Of a stretch of 64,000 nucleotides of DNA, positions 31,956 to 40,698 are shown in pieces. The notes under the pieces are model-generated. The model made no database searches. It was given only the letters and a program-made list of their open reading frames with translations, and was not told the DNA's origin. This DNA comes from an uncultured Acidimicrobiia bacterium (GTDB taxonomy: Bacteria; Actinomycetota; Acidimicrobiia; Spongiisociales; UBA5794), in NCBI GenBank assembly GCA_963792895.1, contig CAWBYA010000004.1, positions 162,069 to 226,068 of the forward strand. Direction: 5' to 3'. Position 1 is the first letter of the stretch, and each line of letters opens with the position of its first letter. A program made the translations under genes and the position numbers.

Positions 31956-32949
31956 TGTCGGGTGCGGACACGCTGAGCGTGGTGACGCCCGCTTCACGCC
32001 ACGCTTCGAGGCGGTCGGCGACACGGGCCCGCGGGCCGACGAGGGCGACTTCGTCGACGAGCGCGTCGGGCACTGCTGCAATGGCGTCCCGCCGCTTGCC
32101 ATCGAGGTACAAGTCTTGGATTCGCTCGGCTTCGGCTTCGAACCCGTAGCGGCGGGCGAGATCGTTGTAGAAGTTTCGACCTCTCGCCCCCATGCCCCCG
32201 ACATAGAAGGCGATGCCCGGCTTCACGAGTGCCCTGGCAGCGTCGACATCGTCGGAGACGACAACACTCGCCGCAGGGGCGACGTCGAAGCGTGTGGCCT
32301 TGTCCGGCTCGCCGGAGGCGGCGAAACCGGCGGCCATCGCAGGGCCGAACACCTCCCCGGCACGATACGGCGAGTAGAACACGGGCAGCCATCCATCGGC
32401 GATCTCTGCGGTGAGCTGCACGTTCTTGGGCCCGATGGATGCGAGGTAGATCGGGACGGCGTACGTCGGATGCGTGATCAGCTTGAGTGGCTTGCCGAGC
32501 CCGGTGGCGTCCTCGCCTCGATATGGCAGCTGGTAGTACTCGCCGGCAAACCGGGCCGGGTGGCGCCGTTCCGTGATCATGCGCACCACTGCCACGTATT
32601 CGCGGGTGCGGCGGAGCGGCTTGCCGTAGGGGACGCCATGCCAGCCTTCCACCACCTGTGGGCCGCTGAGGCCGAGCCCCAGGAGGAATCTGCCGTCCGA
32701 GAGCTCGTTGAGGGTGACGGCGGTCATCGCCGTCATCGCGGGCGTTCTGGCCGGCATCTGGAGGATGGCCGACCCGACCTTGATCCGCTCCGTGCGCGCT
32801 GCGATCCAGCTCAGCACGGTGACGGCGTCGGAGCCCCACGCTTCGGCCGCCCATACGGAGTCGTAGCCGAGCCGCTCGGCCTCGGCGATGAGTTCCATGT
32901 CGAGCGCCGCCTTGGGGCCCCAATACCCGATGTTGATGGCGAGTCGCAT
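31918..32949 (-). CDS. LLM-class F420-dependent oxidoreductase
   Basis: [43 protein letters not shown]. Confidence 0.92.
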   Translation of the reverse strand: MRLAINIGYWGPKAALDMELIAEAERLGYDSVWAAEAWGSDAVTVLSWIAARTERIKVGSAILQMPARTPAMTAMTAVTLNELSDGRFLLGLGLSGPQVVEGWHGVPYGKPLRRTREYVAVVRMITERRHPARFAGEYYQLPYRGEDATGLGKPLKLITHPTYAVPIYLASIGPKNVQLTAEIADGWLPVFYSPYRAGEVFGPAMAAGFAASGEPDKATRFDVAPAASVVVSDDVDAARALVKPGIAFYVGGMGARGRNFYNDLARRYGFEAEAERIQDLYLDGKRRDAIAAVPDALVDEVALVGPRARVADRLEAWREAGVTTLSVSAPDITTLRALAEIAL

Positions 32950-33101
32950 GCTCTCCTCCCTTGCGCGTGCGAGCGTAGACCCGACCGGTCGTGTGCGCCC
33001 TCACTCGTGCGCGCCGACCGCACGTGCGTAGCGGGGGCGACCGCCGAATCTGTCACACCCCGGCCGTAACGTCTCCCCCATCACGAGGAGAGGAGGACGC
33101 C

Positions 33102-33308
33102 ATGCTCATCGATTGCGACCAGTGCGTCATGCAGCACACGAACGCATGCGACGACTGCATCGTCACGGCGCTGCTTGCGCCCACCGAGGGTGCTGTCGAC
33201 CTGATCGATGCCGAGGCCGTGGCGCTGCGCAACCTGGCCGATGCCGGCATGGTCGCTCCATTGCGTCTCGTGCGCCGGCCGGACGATCGTGACGTCGCCT
33301 CAGGCTGA
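33102..33308 (+). CDS. Small Cys-rich conserved hypothetical protein
   Basis: MLIDCDQCVMQHTNACDDCIVTALL; AGGAGGA SD upstream. Confidence 0.8.
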   Translation: MLIDCDQCVMQHTNACDDCIVTALLAPTEGAVDLIDAEAVALRNLADAGMVAPLRLVRRPDDRDVASG

Positions 33309-33383
33309 GAAGCTCGGCTGGAAGAATGGCGTCCGCAGCCACACGCAGTGTCTACTCTGCCGTGGTCGGAGGGATCGGGTCCC

Positions 33384-34049
33384 ATGACCGGGGTCATATT
33401 CACCATCGTTCTGGTCAATATGCTGCTGTTCACCAGCGTCGGCGTATGGGCGTCTGCAGACCGCTCGGCGCGACCCGGCGCCACGCATCAGAGCCTTGGC
33501 ATGGGCGCTCACCGCCGTGGCGGTGGCCCTTGTTCTCGGTGCCGCGACCCGCTTGGTCCTGCTGGCCGTATCTGTGGGTCGGGTCTCAGGCAGGGTCGGC
33601 GAGTTCCTCGGCTCAGGATGGCATCTCGTTCGATCTCTATCGGCAACTGCGCTCGGGCTCGGCGGCGTTGTGCTCATCCGCAAGATCGGCCCCCCTCTCC
33701 GGCGCTCGGAGCGGATCCTGCAAGCGCTCGGTGAGCGTTTCAGCACATCGGAGATCTCCGACTTCGACCTCACCGTGCGGGAATTGCAGGTGCTCGCCGT
33801 CATTGGAGCCGGATCGATCTCGGACCGCGCCATCGCTGACGAGCTGTTCATCGCGCCGGCGACCGCAGCCACCACGTCAAGAACATCTTGCGCAAGACCG
33901 GGCTCGCGAATCGTCGCGACCTGGTCCTGCTCATCGCCGCCAGCCCTGGTGAGGAAGGCAACGACCAAGTCGCACCGATGAGAGCGCGCCTGCTCGGGAC
34001 GTTGGCGACACGGAGAGCCGACGTCAGGCGCCCTACCGGATTCGGGTAG
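33384..34049 (+). CDS. Membrane-anchored LuxR-family regulator, frameshifted near 33482 and 33872
   Basis: Three hydrophobic segments, then LTVRELQVL...IADELFIAPATAA|HVKNILRKTG..NRRDL across frames. Confidence 0.7.
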
Positions 34050-34094
34050 CCAGGTTTACCGGCTTCCCGGTAGGCGAATACCTGGTTCCCGGTA
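34034..34094. promoter_or_regulatory. Three phased TACC-N7/8-GGTA inverted repeats
   Basis: Starts at 34034, 34057, 34079 (23 and 22 nt apart). Confidence 0.7.
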
Positions 34095-34123
34095 TCGACA
34101 GGGGCCGCCGAGCCCCGTCTAAT
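34095..34123 (+). promoter_or_regulatory. Putative sigma70-type promoter
   Basis: TCGACA (34095-34100), 17 nt, TCTAAT (34118-34123): one mismatch each to TTGACA/TATAAT. Confidence 0.6.
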
Positions 34124-34173
34124 ACGCACGGTCAGCCATCTTCGTGGTGGACACGGTCGGAGAGGAGATATCC

Positions 34174-34302
34174 ATGTCCAGGTTGAGGAGTGCGAGGTTC
34201 ACCGCCGTGTGGTTCGCATTGGGGCTTGTCGGCACACTCATATTGAGTTTGCAGCCGGCCCACGGCGTCGAGTTGGAGATTGCCCGGCTGACCGGGACGT
34301 GA
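34174..34302 (+). CDS. 42-aa small ORF resembling a signal peptide
   Basis: MSRLRSARFTAVWFALGLVGTLILSLQPAHGVELEIARLTGT; AGAGGAG SD upstream; below the ORF-track cutoff. Confidence 0.55.
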   Translation: MSRLRSARFTAVWFALGLVGTLILSLQPAHGVELEIARLTGT

Positions 34303-34388
34303 GTGCCTCCTCCGCTCGGCGGCGGAAGAGGCGCAATCGAATCGGTGGACGGGTGACGGCCAGAAGTACGCGCCACATGGGCAGGTGG

Positions 34389-34499
34389 CGGATGGGTAGG
34401 ACACGGATGGGTGGGACACGGATGGGTGGGACACGGATGGGTGGGAGACGGATGGGTGGGAGACGGATGGGTGGGGCACGGATGGGTGGGGCACGGATG
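34389..34499. repeat. 15-nt G-rich minisatellite, 7 full copies plus a partial
   Basis: Unit CGGATGGGT[A/G]GG[A/G][C/G]A at 34389, 34404, 34419, 34434, 34449, 34464, 34479. Confidence 0.95.
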
Positions 34500-35374
34500 A
34501 ACACGGTCATTCCAATGGCCTTGACGGGTGTGCTGGTCTCGATGGTGGCGTTCTCGCCGGCGGCCGTTGCCGCACCTCTGTCGGCGCCCGAGGTGTGGGT
34601 CGACTGCAGCCACGGCGGTGGAGGATGTGTCGGTCTGGCGGGCGACTTCGCCGCAGCCGATGGCTATGCGGCGACGCCGGCACACGTCACGGTTGTCGAC
34701 GTGGGCACCGGGGTCGCCACGGATGTCACGAGCGCGGCGTGCCGGGTTCGGAACACTGTCGACGGTGGGTCGAGCGTCCGGGTCCGCTGCATGCTCGATG
34801 GCCTCGCCATGGGTATCAGCGGTCCCGTGGTGCTTTCCGTGCTGCTCGATGGCGTGGTGGTGTGGACATCGCCGGAGGTTGCCGTGAAGTGCGCCGACGG
34901 TGTCGATGACGAGGCAGTGACGACCACGACCGTCGTCGAGTCCGATACGAGTCTTCCAGTCGGAGACGACACTCTTTTCAGCACTGAAGCGCCGGTCTCC
35001 GGAGGCGACGACGAGTCGCCGTCGGGCGGTGAGGACATCGTGACAGGTGAGGACGTCGTGACACTCGAGCTCCCGGATCCTGAGAGCCCAGTCGTGGAGT
35101 CGACCCCTGTTGGAAACGAGGCCGCCGACGCGGTGGAGGTCCCGGCCGAGCAGGTACCTGCTGTCATGCAACGATCCTGAGCTCGTCGATCAACGGCGCC
35201 ATTCGCCCTGCGGTGGCTGGGGCCGTGACGTCGGCCGAAACGAGTGTGCAGGTCGAGACGCTGCCGGTCACAGGGTTCTCGAGTGTCGTGGTTCTCATGG
35301 CGGGGGCAGGGATGCTCATTGCCGGCATCGCGCGTCAGATGGCAATCCGGCGGTGGGCCAACGCGCGGCCGTAG
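34497..35374 (+). CDS. LPXTG cell-wall-anchored surface protein, frameshifted near 35166
   Basis: Signal-like MALTGVLVSMVAFSPAAVA; 4-Cys domain; acidic Thr/Pro stalk; next frame gives LPVTG, hydrophobic stretch and IRRWANARP stop. Start uncertain. Confidence 0.7.
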
Positions 35375-35424
35375 CTGCACGTACCAACTTCTGCGGTGTG
35401 GCAGCGGCGCCGTATCCTCGTTCG

Positions 35425-36507
35425 ATGACTCTCGATGCCCGTCTCGAAGCGGCCGCGGCGACGGCGGGCGCCGCAGGGTTCGGTATCTGCACCGTCGAAC
35501 CGTTCGATGACGTGCGGGATGACCTGGAGCGCCGGAAGGATGCCGGCTCCCATGCGGCGCTCACGTTCACCTACAACGATCCGGCACGATCCACGGACAT
35601 CAGGCGCTCGTTTCCTTGGGCGGAGCGCCTGGTCGTCGCTGCATGGCCGTACCTGATGGATGCGGGCTCACCGGAGCCCGCAGCGCCGGCGACGGGCAGA
35701 GTCGCCAGGTTCGCCACGGCCGACCACTACCGGGGACTCCGCAAGTTGCTCGGCGACCTCGCTGCAATCCTCGTCGGCGCGGGTCACCATGCCGAGCCGG
35801 TGGCCGACGACAATCGGCTGGTCGACCGAGCCGCCGCCGTCCGCGCCGGTGTCGGCTGGTGGGGCAAGAGCTCCATGGTGCTCGTCCCTGCGGCGGGGCC
35901 ATGGGTGCTCCTCGGTAGCGTCGTGACAGATGCCGGGATGGACCCGACGACGCCGATGCGGCGCGATTGCGGGACATGCACAGCGTGCCTGCCCGCCTGC
36001 CCGACGGGCGCCCTCATCGCCCCAGGCGTTCTGGATGCCCGCCGGTGTCTCGCACGGTGGGCGCAGGCGCCCGGTGAGATCCCGGTCGAGTACCGGGAGG
36101 TCATGGGTGACCGCATCTACGGCTGCGACGACTGCCTGGAGGCATGCCCGCCGGGTTGGCGTGCGGTCGAGCGCTCGCCCCTGCGTACTCGCCGTGTCGA
36201 CCTCATCGCCTTGCTCGCTGCCCCCGATGACGAATTGCTCGCAGAATACGGCCACTTCTACCTCCCACGTCGGCGTCCGAACGTTCTGCGTCGCAATGCG
36301 TTGGTCGCCCTCGGCAACACCGGTGGTCTGGATGCGGTCGAGACGGCATCGCGCTATCTGGGCGACCCGGATTGGGTGTTGCGCAGCCACGCAGCGTGGG
36401 CGCTCGGGGCTCTGGGCGGCGACGCGGCGCGGAGCGAGCTCGCTGCTGCCCTCGACGCTGAGGTCGACGGCAGGGTGCGCATGGAGATCGAGGCGGCTCT
36501 ACGCTGA
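35425..36507 (+). CDS. queG: tRNA epoxyqueuosine reductase
   Basis: RFATADHY, DRAAAVRAGVGWWGK, CGTCTACLPACPTGA, YGCDDCLEACP, RRNALVALGN. Confidence 0.92.
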   Translation: MTLDARLEAAAATAGAAGFGICTVEPFDDVRDDLERRKDAGSHAALTFTYNDPARSTDIRRSFPWAERLVVAAWPYLMDAGSPEPAAPATGRVARFATADHYRGLRKLLGDLAAILVGAGHHAEPVADDNRLVDRAAAVRAGVGWWGKSSMVLVPAAGPWVLLGSVVTDAGMDPTTPMRRDCGTCTACLPACPTGALIAPGVLDARRCLARWAQAPGEIPVEYREVMGDRIYGCDDCLEACPPGWRAVERSPLRTRRVDLIALLAAPDDELLAEYGHFYLPRRRPNVLRRNALVALGNTGGLDAVETASRYLGDPDWVLRSHAAWALGALGGDAARSELAAALDAEVDGRVRMEIEAALR

Positions 36508-36511
36508 CCGC

Positions 36512-36802
36512 ATGGTCGCCGTCTACGCCGTGTCAGTCATCGTCGGCGCCCTCAGCCTCGCTGCATGGGTGGTTGTGGGCATCGTGGCCGAGCGCCCTGG
36601 ATCGGTCGCCCGAGATCCGGAGTCCCGTTTTGGGGAGCGAGGACGATCGATCGTCGTCGCCGTGCTGGGATTCGGTTTGGGGGGAATGTCGGCCTCCTAT
36701 GCCGGATGGCCCGGCGGGCTCGCATTCGCCGGGGCGCTCGCCGGCGCCGCGTTCCTGGTGGTCTCAGGTCGATTGCTCGGCGTCGGAGACGGCGAAGCCT
36801 GA
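36512..36802 (+). CDS. Small membrane protein
   Basis: Three hydrophobic Gly/Ala-rich segments; sits between coupled genes. Confidence 0.65.
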   Translation: MVAVYAVSVIVGALSLAAWVVVGIVAERPGSVARDPESRFGERGRSIVVAVLGFGLGGMSASYAGWPGGLAFAGALAGAAFLVVSGRLLGVGDGEA

Positions 36803-37584
36803 TGCTGCTGGTCGCCGACGTTCACGGCGCCGCCGATGCCTTGCGTCGCGTGGCCGCTGCCGGTGAGCCCCTCCTGGTGCTCGGCGATCTCATCAACTTC
36901 ATCGACTACCGATCGAACGAGGGCATCCTCGCCGACGTTGCGGGTCGTGAGCTGGTCACCGAGTTGGTGGGACTCCGCACCACCGGCGACTTCGGCGGGG
37001 CCTCGGCCCTGTGGCGGCGTTTTGCGGCTGGGCGGGAGACGGAGCTCCAATCCGTATTCGATCATCACGTGAGGCAGGCATACGACGAGATCTGCGCAGC
37101 GCTCGATGGCGCCGAAGCGTATGTGACCTACGGCAATGTCGACCGGCCCGACCTCCTCGCCGACATGCTGCCGCCCGGTTGCCGTTTTGTCGACGCCGAG
37201 GTGCTGGAGATCTCCGGATTGCGTATCGGGTTCGCAGGAGGCGGCGCGCCGTCGCTCGGAACTCCGGGTGAGGTGTCCGAGGTGGCGATGGCGGACAAGC
37301 TCGCTTCGCTTGGCCCGGTGGATGTCCTGTGCACCCATGTGCCGCCTGCGGTGTCGTCGCTCGCCAAGGACGTGATCGGTGGGCGGGAGAAGAGCTTCCA
37401 GGCCATCCTCGACTACGTCGTGCGCCAGCAACCCGCCTACCACTACTTCGGGGACATTCACCAGCCGCAAGCCGTCAGCTGGCGCATCGGCCGGACGGTG
37501 TGCCGCAACGTCGGCTACTTCAGGGCCACCGGGCGGGCGATGCGTCACGAGTTCACGGTGGTCGAGCGGGACTCGTCGCCTTGA
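36802..37584 (+). CDS. Metallophosphoesterase
   Basis: ADVHG, LGDL, YGNVD, THVPP, GDIHQ. Confidence 0.85.
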   Translation: MLLVADVHGAADALRRVAAAGEPLLVLGDLINFIDYRSNEGILADVAGRELVTELVGLRTTGDFGGASALWRRFAAGRETELQSVFDHHVRQAYDEICAALDGAEAYVTYGNVDRPDLLADMLPPGCRFVDAEVLEISGLRIGFAGGGAPSLGTPGEVSEVAMADKLASLGPVDVLCTHVPPAVSSLAKDVIGGREKSFQAILDYVVRQQPAYHYFGDIHQPQAVSWRIGRTVCRNVGYFRATGRAMRHEFTVVERDSSP

Positions 37585-37645
37585 ACGCAGCGTATCGGGT
37601 GCCACTAGCCTGGCACGCATCGCACCGACGCAACGAGGATCCGGC

Positions 37646-38089
37646 ATGAGCATCAAGGGCACCGTCCAGAGCATCGAGGTTTCGGCGTCGCCGCAACTCG
37701 TGTACGAGGTTGCGTTGGATCTCGAGGCCTACCCCGACTGGATAACCGGGGTGAGAGAGGTCGAGGTCCACGACGAGGACGAGCACGGCCGGCCCGTTCG
37801 TGCCTCCTTCGTCGCCGATGCCATGATCAAGGAGATCTCCTACACACTGCTGTACCGCTACGACCTCGAAAACGGGTTCTCATGGTCTGCGGAGCCCGGA
37901 GATGACATCAAGGGCATGGATGGCAGCTACGAGTTCAACGAGCTCGACGACGGTGGCACCGAGGTCTTGTATGCACTCAAAGTCGAGCCGGCATTCACGG
38001 TGCCCGGCTTCCTTCGCCGCCAGGCCGAGAAGCAGATCGTCTCGAGTGCGCTCCGCGGTTTGAAGAGGCGGGCTGAGGGCGCTGCATGA
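37646..38089 (+). CDS. SRPBCC (polyketide cyclase/dehydrase) family protein
   Basis: DLEAYPDW, MDGSYEF, PGFLRRQAEK. Confidence 0.85.
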   Translation: MSIKGTVQSIEVSASPQLVYEVALDLEAYPDWITGVREVEVHDEDEHGRPVRASFVADAMIKEISYTLLYRYDLENGFSWSAEPGDDIKGMDGSYEFNELDDGGTEVLYALKVEPAFTVPGFLRRQAEKQIVSSALRGLKRRAEGAA

Positions 38090-39255
38090 GAGTGCTCCTC
38101 ATCACCGGAAAGGGCGGTGTCGGCAAGACGACGGTGGCGGCCGCGACGGCCGTGCGGGCGGCGGACATCGGTCACCGCACCCTCGTCATGTCGACGGACC
38201 CTGCGCACTCGTTGGCGGATGCCTTCGGGCTCGAGTTCGGTGACCAACCGGTGAGCGTCACCCCCACACTCGCCGCACAGCAGATCGACTCTCAGCGGCG
38301 CCTCGAGGACACATGGGGTGCTGTTCGCGACCACCTCACCGAGCTGTTCGACTGGTCGGGTCTCAAGGGGGTCGAGGCCGAGGAGCTGACGGTGTTCCCG
38401 GGGATGGACGAGATCTTCGCCCTGGCGACGGTGCGGGACCATGTTCGCTCCGGCGAGTACGACACGCTCGTGGTGGACTGCGCTCCCACGGCTGAGACCT
38501 TGCGCCTCCTCTCACTTCCCGAGGTGCTGTCGTGGTACATGGAGAAGATCTTCCCCGTCGGGCGCAGAGTCGCAAAGGTCGTGCGTCCGGTCATCAATCG
38601 GGTCACGGCAATGCCGCTGATCGGCGATGACAGGGTGTTCGAGGCCGTTGCATCGTTCTACGAGCGGCTCGACGGCGTCAGGGACATCCTGAGCGACCCC
38701 GAGATCACGAGCGCCCGGCTCGTGATGAACCCGGAGCGTATGGTGATCTCGGAGGCTCGGCGCACGTTCACCTATCTCGGGCTCTTCGGCTACGCCGTCG
38801 ACATCGCCGTCGTCAACCGGGTCTTGCCGGAATCCGTTACCGACGCCTACTTCAAGCGCTGGCACGAGATCCAAGAGGAGCATTTGGCGACGGTCGAGGA
38901 GGGCTTTGCCGATGTCGCCATACGGCGCCTGCGTCTCTTCGACGAGGAGATGGTCGGCATCGACAAACTGCGCCTGGTCGGCGAGGAGCTGTACGGCGAC
39001 GACGACCCCACGATGCACTTCTCCACGGGCAGGCCATTCCGGGTCGAGGATGACGAAGACAACGTCGTTCTCGTGATCGGCATCCCTGGCGCAGCCAACG
39101 GAGAGGTCGATGTGCTGCGACACGCCGACGAGCTCTTCGTGACGGTTGGGCCGTACCGGCGCTCGCTCGTGCTGCCCGACTCGCTGAAGCGACGCGAGGT
39201 GCGACGTGCCCAGCTCATGAACGGTGAGTTGCGGGTGACCTTCGGCCTCGACTGA
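38086..39255 (+). CDS. ArsA/Get3-family ATPase with C-terminal HSP20-like domain
   Basis: GKGGVGKTT, STDPAHSLAD, DCAPTAETLRLL, C-terminal ELFVTVGPYRR...L.V.F. Confidence 0.9.
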   Translation: MRVLLITGKGGVGKTTVAAATAVRAADIGHRTLVMSTDPAHSLADAFGLEFGDQPVSVTPTLAAQQIDSQRRLEDTWGAVRDHLTELFDWSGLKGVEAEELTVFPGMDEIFALATVRDHVRSGEYDTLVVDCAPTAETLRLLSLPEVLSWYMEKIFPVGRRVAKVVRPVINRVTAMPLIGDDRVFEAVASFYERLDGVRDILSDPEITSARLVMNPERMVISEARRTFTYLGLFGYAVDIAVVNRVLPESVTDAYFKRWHEIQEEHLATVEEGFADVAIRRLRLFDEEMVGIDKLRLVGEELYGDDDPTMHFSTGRPFRVEDDEDNVVLVIGIPGAANGEVDVLRHADELFVTVGPYRRSLVLPDSLKRREVRRAQLMNGELRVTFGLD

Positions 39256-39299
39256 TACGCTCCCGTACGAGGCGAGAGGAGCCAGCCATCAGCGCCACC

Positions 39300-40238
39300 G
39301 TGGGCATCGATCTCGGAGGGACGAAACTCCTTGCGCTTCGCCTCGAGGACGGCGTCATCACCGAGCAACGGCGGTTCTCGAACCCGGAAGCAGGCGGGCA
39401 ACTGTCAAAGGCGGTGATCGAAGCAGTTCGCGAGGTCATCAGCCCGGACACGACGGCCATCGGCGTAGGCGTTGCCGGGCTGGTGCAATGGCCCGAGGGC
39501 GTCTTCGTGTGGGGCCCGCATGTCGTCGACACGCAGGTACCGCTGCGCGCCGACCTGGAACAGGAGTTCGGGCTGCCCGTCCTCGTCGACAACGACGCCA
39601 ATGCGGCCGCCTGGGCAGAGCATCAGATCGGCTCGGGTCGCGGCTATCAGGACATGCTGCTGATCACGCTCGGTACCGGCATCGGCGGTTCCGTCATCAT
39701 GGGCGGCGAGGTGCGACGCGGTCGGTCGTTTGCGGGCGAGTGGGGGCACATGATGTTCGAGCGGAACGGCGAGCGCTGTGCCTGTGGGAAACGAGGATGC
39801 TGGGAGACCGTTGCGTCCGGTCCCGCCCTGGTGCGTCTCGCCCGCGAGTTCATCTTCCAGAATCCGGACGGGCGGCTCGCCCATCGACTGCTCGAGCCGT
39901 TCACCGGCGAGGACGTCACCGAGGCCGCCGACGAGGGTGACGAGACGGCACGCGGGCTCGTTGCGCAAGTGGGCGCCGATCTCGGGCGAGGGCTGTGCAG
40001 CCTCATCGCCATCCTCGACCCAGAGATCATCGTTGTCGGGGGTGGGCTCGGCTCCGTTGGGGAGGCGCTGCTGGGACCTGCGAGGCGGGTCGCAGCCGAT
40101 GCGCTCCATGGCGGCGCTCATCGGCGGCTGCCGCCAATCGTCGTGGCCGAGCTCGGCCCCGCAGCGGGTGCCGCCGGTGCCGCGATGCTCGCCTCCGATC
40201 TCGCATCCGGCCGCACGTCCGTGGACACGAAGGCGTGA
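39300..40238 (+). CDS. ROK-family kinase (probable glucokinase)
   Basis: GIDLGGTK, DNDANAA, GTGIGG, GEWGH, CACGKRGCWE. Confidence 0.9.
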   Translation: MGIDLGGTKLLALRLEDGVITEQRRFSNPEAGGQLSKAVIEAVREVISPDTTAIGVGVAGLVQWPEGVFVWGPHVVDTQVPLRADLEQEFGLPVLVDNDANAAAWAEHQIGSGRGYQDMLLITLGTGIGGSVIMGGEVRRGRSFAGEWGHMMFERNGERCACGKRGCWETVASGPALVRLAREFIFQNPDGRLAHRLLEPFTGEDVTEAADEGDETARGLVAQVGADLGRGLCSLIAILDPEIIVVGGGLGSVGEALLGPARRVAADALHGGAHRRLPPIVVAELGPAAGAAGAAMLASDLASGRTSVDTKA

Positions 40239-40242
40239 ACCG

Positions 40243-40698
40243 TTGAGCGCAGGAGACACCCCAGAAGTGCCGCCGGGCGAGCGGCCCGCTGTGCCGCACT
40301 CCATCGACTTGCGGGTGCCGGTTCCTCCCCGATCGCTGGGGCAGCTCGTCGGTGAAGCCGTGCTGGTGGTCCCGCAACTGTTCGTGCTGTTGGCTCGACT
40401 CCTCGCCGATCCGCGGGTTCAGCTGCGCCGCAAGCTCGTCGTGATTGCCGCTACGGCGTATCTGGCGTCGCCGATCGATCTCGTTCCCGACTTCATCCCG
40501 ATCGTCGGGCAGGTCGACGACGCAGTCATCGTCGCCTTTTCCGTCCATCATCTCCTGAGCGGGGTGCCGGAGGAGCTGCGAGGCGACTATTGGCTCGGAA
40601 GCCAAGACGCGCTCGATCTGGTGGAGGCGCTGGTGGCGTGGGGGGCAGAAATGGTGCCTGGGCCGCTACGGCGCCTTGTTGGCGGCTCGCATGCGTAG
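40243..40698 (+). CDS. YkvA/DUF1232 family membrane protein
   Basis: YLASPIDLVPDFIPIVGQVDD; start uncertain. Confidence 0.8.
   Translation: MSAGDTPEVPPGERPAVPHSIDLRVPVPPRSLGQLVGEAVLVVPQLFVLLARLLADPRVQLRRKLVVIAATAYLASPIDLVPDFIPIVGQVDDAVIVAFSVHHLLSGVPEELRGDYWLGSQDALDLVEALVAWGAEMVPGPLRRLVGGSHA

Noticed and set aside
34300-34332. Hairpin after the sORF UGA as a second SECIS
   Set aside because: Starts 2 nt after the stop, loop lacks GU, no redox-motif context, and more in-frame TGAs follow at 34354 and 34498.
34389-34499. Repeat array as CRISPR
   Set aside because: Head-to-tail units with no spacers; no cas genes.
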